Notes: generated by a model not told the origin, from the sequence alone. Shown: positions 9,061-17,109, counted from the stretch's first letter. The stretch: DNA of 64,000 nt from Planctomycetota bacterium (GCA_022564995.1 JADFKK010000001.1:30786-94785), one strand, 5' to 3'. A program made the numbers and translations.

Positions 9061-9777
9061 ATGGACATTGAAAGCCAACTCGCGGCCTCCGATGCGTTCT
9101 CCCGACTTTGCGCGGACGCGATGCGGGTCAAGAGTCTACATGAGGCCGCTGAAATGGAACTGCCGCCGTCGCTCAGGCAGTTCTTCGGGATTCAAGAAAC
9201 AAATGGATCGGCACTCAGCCGCCCCCGTGTGTCGATTCCGCCGCCGCAATCACCCCCCGGTCCGTCGCACGCGAGTTCGGACTGGATTTGGGTTCCAATG
9301 GAGGACATGCACGCGACCGGAATCGTTTTGGCCATTCTTCGCCAAGCTGCTGGACCCGTTGAGCCGGCGACCGTAACGGAAAAGGTTCTTCAACATCAGC
9401 CTGACGTGAATCCCAGAAGTGTTCTGAATATCGGCCCGCGGCAAGAAGGCAAGCTTATTGAAAGAACGAATGAGGGTTGGGTGCTTCGCGGCGATAAAGA
9501 CCGAGCCCCCGTCCTGCACAAGGGACACGCATGGGGGCCGCCAACGGTTTTCGACAAACAAGAATTGGCCGCCCATCGCAGGATAATGCTGGCCCACCTG
9601 CTTGATGCAATGCCTGGCGGATTGCAGGTGGTTCAGATTGTTGAACAGTTGAAAAACCTACCGTACTGCCGCGCGCCAGTCAGCAAGGACTTGGTAAAGG
9701 CAGACTTGTCGGCAATGCAAGAGGTTGGCAAGGTGAAGCGTGTCGGCAACACCCGTAAATGGGTCTTGTCGAATTAA
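9061..9777 (+). CDS. hypothetical protein with two winged-helix-like segments (E1 cargo)
   Basis: 238-aa ORF divergent from the XRE gene. Two segments ending '...EGWVL' and '...RKWVL' resemble wHTH wings. No confident family. Confidence 0.5.
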   Translation: MDIESQLAASDAFSRLCADAMRVKSLHEAAEMELPPSLRQFFGIQETNGSALSRPRVSIPPPQSPPGPSHASSDWIWVPMEDMHATGIVLAILRQAAGPVEPATVTEKVLQHQPDVNPRSVLNIGPRQEGKLIERTNEGWVLRGDKDRAPVLHKGHAWGPPTVFDKQELAAHRRIMLAHLLDAMPGGLQVVQIVEQLKNLPYCRAPVSKDLVKADLSAMQEVGKVKRVGNTRKWVLSN

Positions 9778-9833
9778 GACGCTATCGTAACGGACTGACG
9801 GAAAGGCACGGTTTGCCTATGAACGAACAAAAC

Positions 9834-9876
9834 GACCTCGGCGAAAGTGCTAATTTCGCCGAGGTCTTTGTCGTTT
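9834..9876 (+). terminator. Rho-independent terminator after ORF 9061-9777
   Basis: 13-bp stem GACCTCGGCGAAA / TTTCGCCGAGGTC, 7-nt loop, followed by TTTGTCGTTT. Confidence 0.7.
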
Positions 9877-9888
9877 GAAGGATTGGAT

Positions 9889-9961
9889 GCCAGGGTAGCT
9901 CAGTGGAGAGAGCAGCCGACTGCTAATCGGCAAGTCGCGGGTTCGACCCCCGCCTCGGGTA
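9889..9961 (+). tRNA. class-I tRNA-like gene, anticodon loop CUGCUAA (anticodon GCU), weak acceptor stem
   Basis: Manual cloverleaf. D arm: TAGCTCAGTGGAGAGAGC. Anticodon stem: GCCGA/TCGGC. Variable loop: 5 nt. T arm: GCGGG-TTCGACC-CCCGC. The acceptor stem has one A.G mismatch and two G.U pairs. No encoded CCA. Confidence 0.55.
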
Positions 9962-9986
9962 TCTTTTTCCTTCGTCCCGTCGCTTC

Positions 9987-10051
9987 GGGCCTGCCAGGTG
10001 GTAACGGTGCTTTATAAGCATCGTGACCGGGTTCAACTCCCGGCAGGTCCA
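9987..10051 (+). ncRNA. D-arm-less tRNA-like element, anticodon-type loop UUUAUAA
   Basis: Acceptor GGGCCTG/CAGGTCC. T arm CCGGG-TTCAACT-CCCGG. 7-bp stem ACGGTGC/GCATCGT with a 7-nt loop. Only 10-12 nt where a D arm should be. Confidence 0.4.
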
Positions 10052-10200
10052 CTGAAAAACCGCAGCACGCGGCCACGGTCATTCTGCGCGCCACCCTAGC
10101 ACATACACGGAATGTCGTCAAACCCCTTTTTACGAAAGGAGTTATGTCGTGCCTTGGCTACCACGCGCAGAAATATCCAAAGGGGCCTTACGGCCCCCGA

Positions 10201-10392
10201 TTATTTGTTTCGGCGTTTTGCTGCCCTGAGCAAAATCTCTCTCGCCCACACGGCAACAGATTTGCCAGATTTAGCAGCCGCCTGCCGGATGATGTCCCAC
10301 TGCTCGTCCGGCCAGCGTCCGACCTGCCGAACGGGATTTATCTCTTTCACCGCCTTTGCAGGGCGTCCAGGGCCACGTTTCGTCTTACTCAT
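10201..10392 (-). CDS. ribbon-helix-helix (CopG/MobC-like) DNA-binding protein
   Basis: 63 aa. 'VRQVGRWPDEQWDIIRQAAAKSGKSVAVWAREILLRAA' fits the RHH beta-alpha-alpha pattern. Divergent from the transposase gene. Confidence 0.65.
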   Translation of the reverse strand: MSKTKRGPGRPAKAVKEINPVRQVGRWPDEQWDIIRQAAAKSGKSVAVWAREILLRAAKRRNK

Positions 10393-10455
10393 GCCCCAAG
10401 TCTATACCGCCATGGGTTTTGTGTCAATACATGATATTTTCATAAACTCCCTATT

Positions 10456-10490
10456 TCGTGTATTAACACGAAATTATATTCTGGTACAAT
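10456..10490 (+). promoter_or_regulatory. candidate transposase promoter of E1 with an overlapping palindrome
   Basis: TTAACA (10463-10468), 16 nt, TGgTACAAT (extended -10, 10482-10490). The palindrome TCGTGT-ATTA-ACACGA (10456-10471) covers the -35. AT-rich divergent region. Confidence 0.45.
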
Positions 10491-10622
10491 TGAGACAGTG
10501 AATGAAAAACCCCGACGCCTGCTGAAACAAGCACCGGGGCAACAACAATCGGGCTTTCGCCAGACTATTGTCTGTCAAACGCATTCTAGCGAGAGCCCCC
10601 AACGAAGGGAAGGTTTCTCGCT

Positions 10623-11495
10623 ATGGCCAACAGAATGAGCACCGAAAAGCGTAACACGATCTTGCGACTCATGGTCGAAGGAAACAGCATCCGCTCCATC
10701 ACCCGCCTTATGGGAACCAACATTCCATCGGTCATCCGCCAACTCACCTGGGCCGGCGACCACTGCGCCGCCCTGATGAATGAACGATTCCGACACCTGA
10801 CGCTCACCCATGTCGAGTGCGACGAAATCTGGACCTTCGTACAAAAGAAGCAATCCCGCCTCACGATGGAAGAGCGCGAGACCCGTGGCGACATTGGCGA
10901 CATCTACCTCTGGACCGCCCTGGACCAAGGCAATCGCCTGATTCCCAGCTTCGTCGTAGGCAAGCGCTCGGCCGACAATGCCCGCCGGTTGATGATGGAC
11001 CTGCGGAGCCGTATCACGATCCCACGGCCGCACGAAGCGGACGTGACGGGCGAGTACCGCAAGGTGCTGCAAATCTCGTCGGACGGATTCGCCGCGTATC
11101 CCGAAGCTGTCGATCTTGCCTTCGGCCCCTACGTCAAGTTCGGCACGATCATCAAAGACTATCGAAACGCCAACATGCCCTACACGCCCAGCGAGATGGT
11201 TGGCACTCAACGACGGGGCATCAAGGGCATACACGGCAGCGAAGAACGGACGATATGCACGTCGCACGTCGAGCGAAACAACCTCACGATCCGCACGTTT
11301 ATGAAGCGGTTCACCCGGCTCGCCCTGGGATTCAGCAAGAAACTCGAAAACCTGGAATCGGCCGTCAGCCTCCACATGGCCTATGACAACTTCTGCTGGC
11401 GTTCGGGCGAAATGAGGGTCACGCCGGCGATGGCCGCGAAGGTCACCAAGACGCTATGGAGTTTCGACGATCTGATGATGGGGACGGCGGCCTAG
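10623..11495 (+). CDS. IS1 family transposase (single fused ORF)
   Basis: 290 aa. N-terminal HTH, 'CDEIWTFV', 'YLWTALD', 'SSDGFAAY' and 'HVERNNLTIRTFMKR' match the IS1 DDE/ERxN pattern. Confidence 0.85.
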   Translation: MANRMSTEKRNTILRLMVEGNSIRSITRLMGTNIPSVIRQLTWAGDHCAALMNERFRHLTLTHVECDEIWTFVQKKQSRLTMEERETRGDIGDIYLWTALDQGNRLIPSFVVGKRSADNARRLMMDLRSRITIPRPHEADVTGEYRKVLQISSDGFAAYPEAVDLAFGPYVKFGTIIKDYRNANMPYTPSEMVGTQRRGIKGIHGSEERTICTSHVERNNLTIRTFMKRFTRLALGFSKKLENLESAVSLHMAYDNFCWRSGEMRVTPAMAAKVTKTLWSFDDLMMGTAA

Positions 11496-11534
11496 CGGGT
11501 TTTTCCTTACCTTTGGTCAAACGGTATCACTACC

Positions 11535-11542
11535 CACCTTTG
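11535..11542. repeat. right copy of the 8-bp target-site duplication CACCTTTG of E1
   Basis: Identical to 7402-7409 and directly abuts the right terminal inverted repeat (IRR). Confidence 0.75.
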
Positions 11543-11580
11543 AAGGGGTTTGACTTGTTGCCGGAAATCGCTAAGGTGTT

Positions 11581-11601
11581 GGTAGTGTTGTAGTTTCAGC
11601 A
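11581..11601. repeat. solo IS1-type left-end remnant
   Basis: GGTAGTGTTGTAGTTTCAGCA matches the E1 IRL GGCAGTGACACCGTTTCAGCC at 14/21 (GG.AGTG and GTTTCAGC blocks) and the E2 IRL at 12/15. No partner right end seen. Confidence 0.4.
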
Positions 11602-11714
11602 TCAGGCACCGGTATCATCGCCCTGAGGATAGGGGCGGCTCTGAAATCCCCAGTCCGCAGCGGCTTGGATCGGCGAGGACGTTCGTTCGCGCCGCACTCA
11701 TCCAGGATCTGGCC

Positions 11715-12896
11715 GTGATCAAGCGAAAACGCAGAACGACGATTCGCCGCGAAGGCTGGTACTATCTTTTTGTGCTGGCGTTTGTGCTGACTGGGGCGGT
11801 CTTGCGCGAGATCAATCTGCTGATGATCCTGGCCGGCATGATGATCGGGCCGCTGTTGGTCAACTGGCGGATGGCCGTGGCGGCGCTAAAAAACATCGAC
11901 GTCCGCCGCACGCTGCCCGAGGCCGTGCATGCCGGCGACGTGTTGGCCGTGCAGCTTGAGTTGACGAACAACAATCGTCGGCTCGGCGCTAGTGCCGTGT
12001 CGGTCGACGATGTGATCCGTGTTGGTCTCCCCGGCCAAGAGCGTCGCATCGGCGGAGGTGGCGCATTGTTCGCACATGTCGCCGCCAGAGAGTCGGCCGC
12101 GACCGTTTATCGTGGGCGGCCGATGCGCGGTCTGTGGCGATTTGGTCCCCTGAAGGTTTCCACCAGCTTTCCGTTGGGTTTCATCCGCCGCACGATCACC
12201 ATCAACGAAACCGCCGAGGTGATGGTCTACCCCCGGCTCGGCAGGCTCACCCGGAAATTCGGCGAGATGCAAAACCGAGTTTACAGCGAGGGATCCCGCT
12301 CGCAACAACGCCGCGGCTTGACCGAGGGCGATTTCTACGGGCTGCGCGACTGGCGCAGCGGAGACAGCCGGCGTTGGATTCATTGGCGCACCTCCGCCCG
12401 CACGGGAACGCTGGCGGTGCGGCAGTTCGAGCAGCGGCAGCACGACGATCTGGCGCTGCTTGTGGATTTGTGGTCGCCGGCCGCCCCCGACACGCAATTC
12501 ACCGAGCACGTCGAGCAGTTGATCAGCTTCGCCGCGACCATCGTTGCCGAGCGCTGTCGGCGCGGCGGCAGCCGGCTGCTGCTGGCGGTCGGTGGCACAC
12601 AGCCGGCGATCACTATCGGCACGGCCTCGCCAGCGCTGTTGCGCGAGGCACTGCATCATCTGGCCGTTAGCCAGCCCAGCAGCGATCAGCGGATCGACGA
12701 GCTACTGCGCGAGCCGCTCGCGCAGAGCCGCCGCTGGCAAAACGCGCTGCTGCTCAGCACCAGATCAAAGACGGTTGAAGAAGACTCGGATTTGACGCCG
12801 CTTTGGCACGATCCGCTGCTGGCCGACCGGCTGCAGCACCTGCGATGTCTGGATATTTCGGGCGGACAACTGTCGGAGTATTTCGATGCCGAATAA
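11715..12896 (+). CDS. DUF58 domain protein
   Basis: 'DFYGLRDWRSGDSRRWIHWRTSARTGTLAVRQFE' is the DUF58 core. N-terminal TM pair. GTG start. Confidence 0.85.
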   Translation: MIKRKRRTTIRREGWYYLFVLAFVLTGAVLREINLLMILAGMMIGPLLVNWRMAVAALKNIDVRRTLPEAVHAGDVLAVQLELTNNNRRLGASAVSVDDVIRVGLPGQERRIGGGGALFAHVAARESAATVYRGRPMRGLWRFGPLKVSTSFPLGFIRRTITINETAEVMVYPRLGRLTRKFGEMQNRVYSEGSRSQQRRGLTEGDFYGLRDWRSGDSRRWIHWRTSARTGTLAVRQFEQRQHDDLALLVDLWSPAAPDTQFTEHVEQLISFAATIVAERCRRGGSRLLLAVGGTQPAITIGTASPALLREALHHLAVSQPSSDQRIDELLREPLAQSRRWQNALLLSTRSKTVEEDSDLTPLWHDPLLADRLQHLRCLDISGGQLSEYFDAE

Positions 12897-15324
12897 TCCC
12901 GAGACCGCCGCGCCGGCCCGCCTCGAGCGACGACTCCAAGTGAGCGTCGTGGTGCTCTCGCTGCTCGGTACGTTGGTGTTGGGCATGGGGCAGATGAACT
13001 ACCGGCTGCCGCTGCTCGTGCTACTGACCGGCAGCACGAGTTTGTTGGTCACCGATTTTCGGCGGTGGATAGAGATCGGCACCTTCGTGGCCAACATCGC
13101 CGCGATAGCGGCGGTCGTCTTTTCGATAAGCGACTATCTGGTGTTTGACACAGAAACCCAACTGCTGGCGATCGCCAATCTGCTGGTCTATCTGCAGATC
13201 ATCTTGCAATTCCAGAAAAAAACGATCCGCATCTTCTGGCAACTCGTCGTGCTCAGCCTGCTGCAAGTGGTCGTCGCCTGCGCGCTGAATCTGGGGGTGA
13301 TGTTTGGCGGGCTGCTGATCGTCTATCTCTGCTGCGTGCTGCGAGTGTTGATGCTGATGTACGTCCAACGCGAAACAGAAAGCCACTCACATCGACAAGA
13401 AAGAGACGAGCCGGGCCGGCGGAATGTTTTCCGATCGATCAGCAGTGTCCCAACCGACAGCTTCCCGACCGACGGGCGCTGGTTTGGCGAGGCGGTCTCC
13501 GGCCAGTTAGGCGGCCCTGCGGTCAATCGCTCTATGTGGCGTTTGATCGCGCTGACTTCTGCGCTGACCATGGTGCTGACGGCAATGATCTTCAGCGCCG
13601 TGCCGCGATATCACCGCGAGGCGTGGGAAGGGATCGGTGATCGAACGATCCGCATCGTTGGCTTTTCAGATGAGGTAACCGTCGGAGACCTGGGGCCGGT
13701 CATCCAAGACCCGCAGGTCGTCATGCGCGTCCAACTGATCGATCCCGAAAGCCACAAGCCGTTTTCGCTGCTGGGGCGGGCTCTGTTTCGCGGGGCCGTG
13801 CTCACCGATTATCAGGGCGACGGAGTCTGGAAACGAAGATACAAACGACGGAATCGCCAACCGCTGCGCGATACGGTGAGCGGCGAAATCACCTCGGACG
13901 ACCACGTTGTGCGGCAGGAAATCACCATGCCTCACTCGAACATTGAAGTCATGTTCAGCATCTATCCGCCCGTCGGATCGCCGGACGGAGTATCCGACCG
14001 GCTGGTCAAATACGACCGCGCCCGCAATCAGCTTTTGCGGACCAATCACGACAGCCGTCGCAATACCAAGACGCAATACGTGGTTCACACCTTGGGCATT
14101 CGTGATGGCGCCATGGCGGCGATCGCCCCGACGCTGGTGGGCGACCGACAACGCTACGATCGACCCGACAGCGCGATCGACGTCACTCGGCTCAAGCGAA
14201 TGGGTCCGAAACGCTCACAGCTACCAGAATTGATCGCCTTGGCCGAGCGGGTCGACCGTGCGTCGGGGTTGGCCGAGGAAAACCGCATCGGCCGCGCGCG
14301 CGCGATCGCCCGACATCTCAGTGACTCGGGTGATTTCACTTACACGCTGCAGGCGCAGGAGCGAGACTCGAACCTTGATCCGATCGAAGATTTCATTTCC
14401 AACACTCGCCGCGGACACTGCGAGTATTACGCCAGCGCCTTGACCTTGATGCTTCGCAGCCGGGACATCCCCGCGCGGTTGGTGGTCGGTTTTGTCGGCG
14501 ACGAATGGAACGATTTCGGATCGTTCTATCAAGTCCGCCAGTTACACTCACACACGTGGGTCGAGGTTTACCTCCGCCGCGATCAACTGCCGGACGATCC
14601 GTATTACCGCAGCGAACATTTCGCCGCCGGCGGCTGGCTCACGCTCGACGCGACGCCCGCAGACACCGACGACGGAATGACCCTGTCTCATAACGATTGG
14701 CTGTCTCGCGCGCGAGAGCTGGCCGACTACGCGCAATTGCTATGGACCTCGTATGTCGTCGACATGACGCCCCGCAGGCAGGAGCGGGCGATTTACGAGC
14801 CGATTCGCAAGCGGTGGAAGGCGGCACTCGATGCGATCGATGTGATGCTTGGGGGCGACACCGCTGCGGAGACAACAGCGACTTCCGGCGTTTGGGTCGA
14901 CTGGGCGGGCGTGTTGGTTGGAATTGTCGGCGGAGCGGCCTTGCTGGCCGTGTTGATCGTGGTCTGCCGGCCGCTGCGAAATCGGCTGGCCCGCGTTTGC
15001 CGCTCACTTCTTCGCCGCCCGCCGCGAGAGACAGCCCCCGGGCAGCCCGACGTGCCGTTTTATAAATCGCTGGAAAAGATGCTCGCCCGCGAGGGCATCC
15101 ATCGTCAGGCATCTCAGACGCAGCGAGAATTCGCCTTCGCCGCCGGCGCGCAGCTCGCCGACCGGCCGACGCTCAGCTCCGTCGCTGGATTGCCCCGGCA
15201 GGTGGCCGACGCCTTCTATCGCGTCCGCTTCGGCGGCCACACCCTGGACAACACGCAGGCCCAAGCGGTAGAACAAGCTCTTTCGGAATTGGGCCGGGCG
15301 CTGGCAGCGAGCCGCAAAGGATAG
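12886..15324 (+). CDS. transglutaminase-like membrane protein (TgpA-like)
   Basis: 812 aa. Multi-TM N-terminus and transglutaminase Cys core 'RRGHCEYYASALTLMLRSRDIPARLVVGF'. Overlaps the DUF58 stop by 11 nt. Confidence 0.85.
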   Translation: MPNNPETAAPARLERRLQVSVVVLSLLGTLVLGMGQMNYRLPLLVLLTGSTSLLVTDFRRWIEIGTFVANIAAIAAVVFSISDYLVFDTETQLLAIANLLVYLQIILQFQKKTIRIFWQLVVLSLLQVVVACALNLGVMFGGLLIVYLCCVLRVLMLMYVQRETESHSHRQERDEPGRRNVFRSISSVPTDSFPTDGRWFGEAVSGQLGGPAVNRSMWRLIALTSALTMVLTAMIFSAVPRYHREAWEGIGDRTIRIVGFSDEVTVGDLGPVIQDPQVVMRVQLIDPESHKPFSLLGRALFRGAVLTDYQGDGVWKRRYKRRNRQPLRDTVSGEITSDDHVVRQEITMPHSNIEVMFSIYPPVGSPDGVSDRLVKYDRARNQLLRTNHDSRRNTKTQYVVHTLGIRDGAMAAIAPTLVGDRQRYDRPDSAIDVTRLKRMGPKRSQLPELIALAERVDRASGLAEENRIGRARAIARHLSDSGDFTYTLQAQERDSNLDPIEDFISNTRRGHCEYYASALTLMLRSRDIPARLVVGFVGDEWNDFGSFYQVRQLHSHTWVEVYLRRDQLPDDPYYRSEHFAAGGWLTLDATPADTDDGMTLSHNDWLSRARELADYAQLLWTSYVVDMTPRRQERAIYEPIRKRWKAALDAIDVMLGGDTAAETTATSGVWVDWAGVLVGIVGGAALLAVLIVVCRPLRNRLARVCRSLLRRPPRETAPGQPDVPFYKSLEKMLAREGIHRQASQTQREFAFAAGAQLADRPTLSSVAGLPRQVADAFYRVRFGGHTLDNTQAQAVEQALSELGRALAASRKG

Positions 15325-15426
15325 GCCCTGTCAGATCGCAACGGGTGGTTAAGCCCCAACGAAATCTGATCTGGCGCCGAGTAGGAGCCACGCATCACCC
15401 GTAACTGCGGAATAATTTATCATTCA

Positions 15427-15487
15427 TTATCCGTCATTGGTCATTGGTCATTTTTTCCGTCAATGACAAATGACCAATGACGGATAA
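15427..15487. repeat. 26-bp-stem hairpin built from TTGGTCA/TGACCAA heptamers
   Basis: TTATCCGTCATTGGTCATTGGTCATT, 9-nt loop, AATGACAAATGACCAATGACGGATAA (one mismatch). Confidence 0.8.
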
Positions 15488-15586
15488 CAAATGATGAATT
15501 CGTTCATTGAACTCGGCCAACCTCACCCGCCCCAGCTCGGCTCTCCGGAATCACACCCCAACAATCGCCACAAAAGGGCATCCCGC

Positions 15587-16615
15587 ATGAAAATCGGCAT
15601 CGTCGGATATCAAGGCTGCGGCAAAAGCACGCTGTTCGAGTGGCTTACCGGCACGGCATCCGATCCGGCCCAAGCACACACTTCGCAAAGCGCCATGGCG
15701 CCGCTGCCCGACCCTCGGGTTGCGCCGCTGTGCGAAATCTATCAGCCCAAGAAAATCACGCTGGCCTCGCTGGAGTTGGTCGACACGCCGGGGCTCGATC
15801 GTTCGCACGAGGGAAACGCCGCCCGGCTGGGTTTGCTGCGCGAGGCCGACTGCCTGCTGATGGTCGCCTCAAGCTTCGACGGCAGCGATCCGCTGGCCGA
15901 TCTGAATCGTTTTGACGAAGATCTCCTGCTGGCCGATTTAGAGATCGTCACCGGCCGGGTTGAACGCCTGCGAGAGACCGTCAAGAAGCCGCGGCCCGAC
16001 CGCAAAGAACAGCAAGAGGAGTTGGCGGCGCTGGAGCCCTTGCTGACCACGCTCGAAGAAGCCACGCCGCTTCGCGAGATCGAGCTGACCGACCCGCAGA
16101 TCAAGGCCACCCGCGCGTTTCGGCTGCTGAGCCGGCTGCCGCGGATTGCGGTGGTCAACGTGGCCGACGACGATGAAGACAAAGGCCGCTTCGAGGGTGC
16201 TGGGCCCGCGGGCGTTCCGCTGCTGGCCGTGCCGGTGGGGCTGGAATTGGAACTGTCGAGAATGAGCGACGAGGATCGCGCGGCGTTCGAGAGCGAGATG
16301 GGCCTGGAGGGCTTCGACCGCGACAGCCTGCTGCGAAAAATTCTCGCCGCCTCGGGCCAGATGATCTACTTCACCGCCGGCGAAAAAGAAGTTCGCACCT
16401 GGATTCTACCGGTCGGCGGAACGGCCGTCGAGGCCGCCGGCAACATCCACACCGACCTGGCCCGCGGCTTCATCCGCGCCGAGACCATGCGCAGCGAAGA
16501 CCTCATCCGCCTCGGCAGCGAGCGAGAAATCAAAGCCCAAAATCTAATGCGGCAAGAGCCGAAAGATTACGTCGTCCAAGACGGCGACGTTTTGATGATT
16601 CGCTTCAGCGTGTAG
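15587..16615 (+). CDS. ychF: YchF/Obg-family GTPase-ATPase
   Basis: Start chosen at 'MKIGIVGYQGCGKSTLF' (P-loop). C-terminal 'YFTAGEKEVRTWILPVGGTAVEAAGNIHTDLARGFIRAE' is the YchF TGS/DUF933 region. Confidence 0.8.
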   Translation: MKIGIVGYQGCGKSTLFEWLTGTASDPAQAHTSQSAMAPLPDPRVAPLCEIYQPKKITLASLELVDTPGLDRSHEGNAARLGLLREADCLLMVASSFDGSDPLADLNRFDEDLLLADLEIVTGRVERLRETVKKPRPDRKEQQEELAALEPLLTTLEEATPLREIELTDPQIKATRAFRLLSRLPRIAVVNVADDDEDKGRFEGAGPAGVPLLAVPVGLELELSRMSDEDRAAFESEMGLEGFDRDSLLRKILAASGQMIYFTAGEKEVRTWILPVGGTAVEAAGNIHTDLARGFIRAETMRSEDLIRLGSEREIKAQNLMRQEPKDYVVQDGDVLMIRFSV

Positions 16616-16637
16616 GCCGCCGGCTTGCCGCGGCGAT

Positions 16638-17109
16638 AGTGAGCCGCAAGGCGCTAGCCGCGGGTATCGTGCGGGAAAACGCAACCTGAACGGACCGGCG
16701 GCTAGCGCCTAGCCGCTCACGCGCGATCGATGTCGTAGGCCGCCGGCTTGCCGCGGCGCCGCCCCTGACAGATTGGCTGCCAAAACGGCAGGTTGATTTC
16801 GCTGCCGGCGCTGTTGATGGTCATTGTCGGCGTGAAGTTCCTCGGCGTAACTCGCTGGCTCATCAAGACTTGCGGCTTCTAAAACGCCACGGCCCCGCGA
16901 CTTGGCACGAGGGTTGCGTTATTGGGCCGGCGACATGATCGGAATCCGGCGGCGGCTGGTCGCTGGGGGCCGGGACACGAAAGCAGTCTGTCAATCAGCC
17001 GCGGGGCGCTAGCCCAATGGCACTTACTTTGAGCGGCACGGCGCTAGCCGCCGGTGACCTCGGGTTACGTTTTCCCGCACAAAACCCGCGGCTAGCGCCT
17101 TGCGGCTCA
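16638..17109. repeat. long-range nested inverted repeats (GCTAGC-centred family)
   Basis: 16638-16680 is the reverse complement of 17067-17109, with 3 mismatches (about 43 nt). 16691-16714 pairs with 17031-17054. The direct repeat GTAGGCCGCCGGCTTGCCGCGGCG occurs at 16611 and 16735. Confidence 0.75.

Larger units (their letters stand above)
7410..11534 (+). mobile_element. IS1-family cargo transposon E1 (4125 bp)
   Basis: Left terminal inverted repeat (IRL) GGCAGTGACACCGTTT (7410-7425) versus the reverse complement of 11519-11534, GGTAGTGATACCGTTT: 14/16 identical. 8-bp direct repeat CACCTTTG on both flanks. IS1-type transposase at the right end. Lower-GC cargo. Confidence 0.75.

Noticed and set aside
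9889-10051. The tRNA pair considered as an integrase attachment site marking a genomic island boundary
   Set aside because: No tyrosine or serine integrase is present. No direct repeat of a tRNA 3' end was found. The tRNA-like genes are internal to an element whose ends are defined by IS1-type IRs and an 8-bp duplication.
10117-11554. A 12-bp perfect inverted repeat, GTCAAACCCCTT (10117-10128) with AAGGGGTTTGAC (11543-11554), considered as the ends of a minimal 1.4-kb IS
   Set aside because: The right copy lies outside the better-supported right end plus TSD. No flanking direct repeat accompanies it. GTCAAAC is also part of the right-end sequence, so this is more likely a partial end-related or chance match. 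It is left unresolved.
11543-11714. Possible disruption of a MoxR-DUF58-transglutaminase operon by E1
   Set aside because: Removing E1 in silico joins the PAAR 3' flank to the DUF58 leader with no MoxR fragment. The ATPase partner is simply not encoded here.
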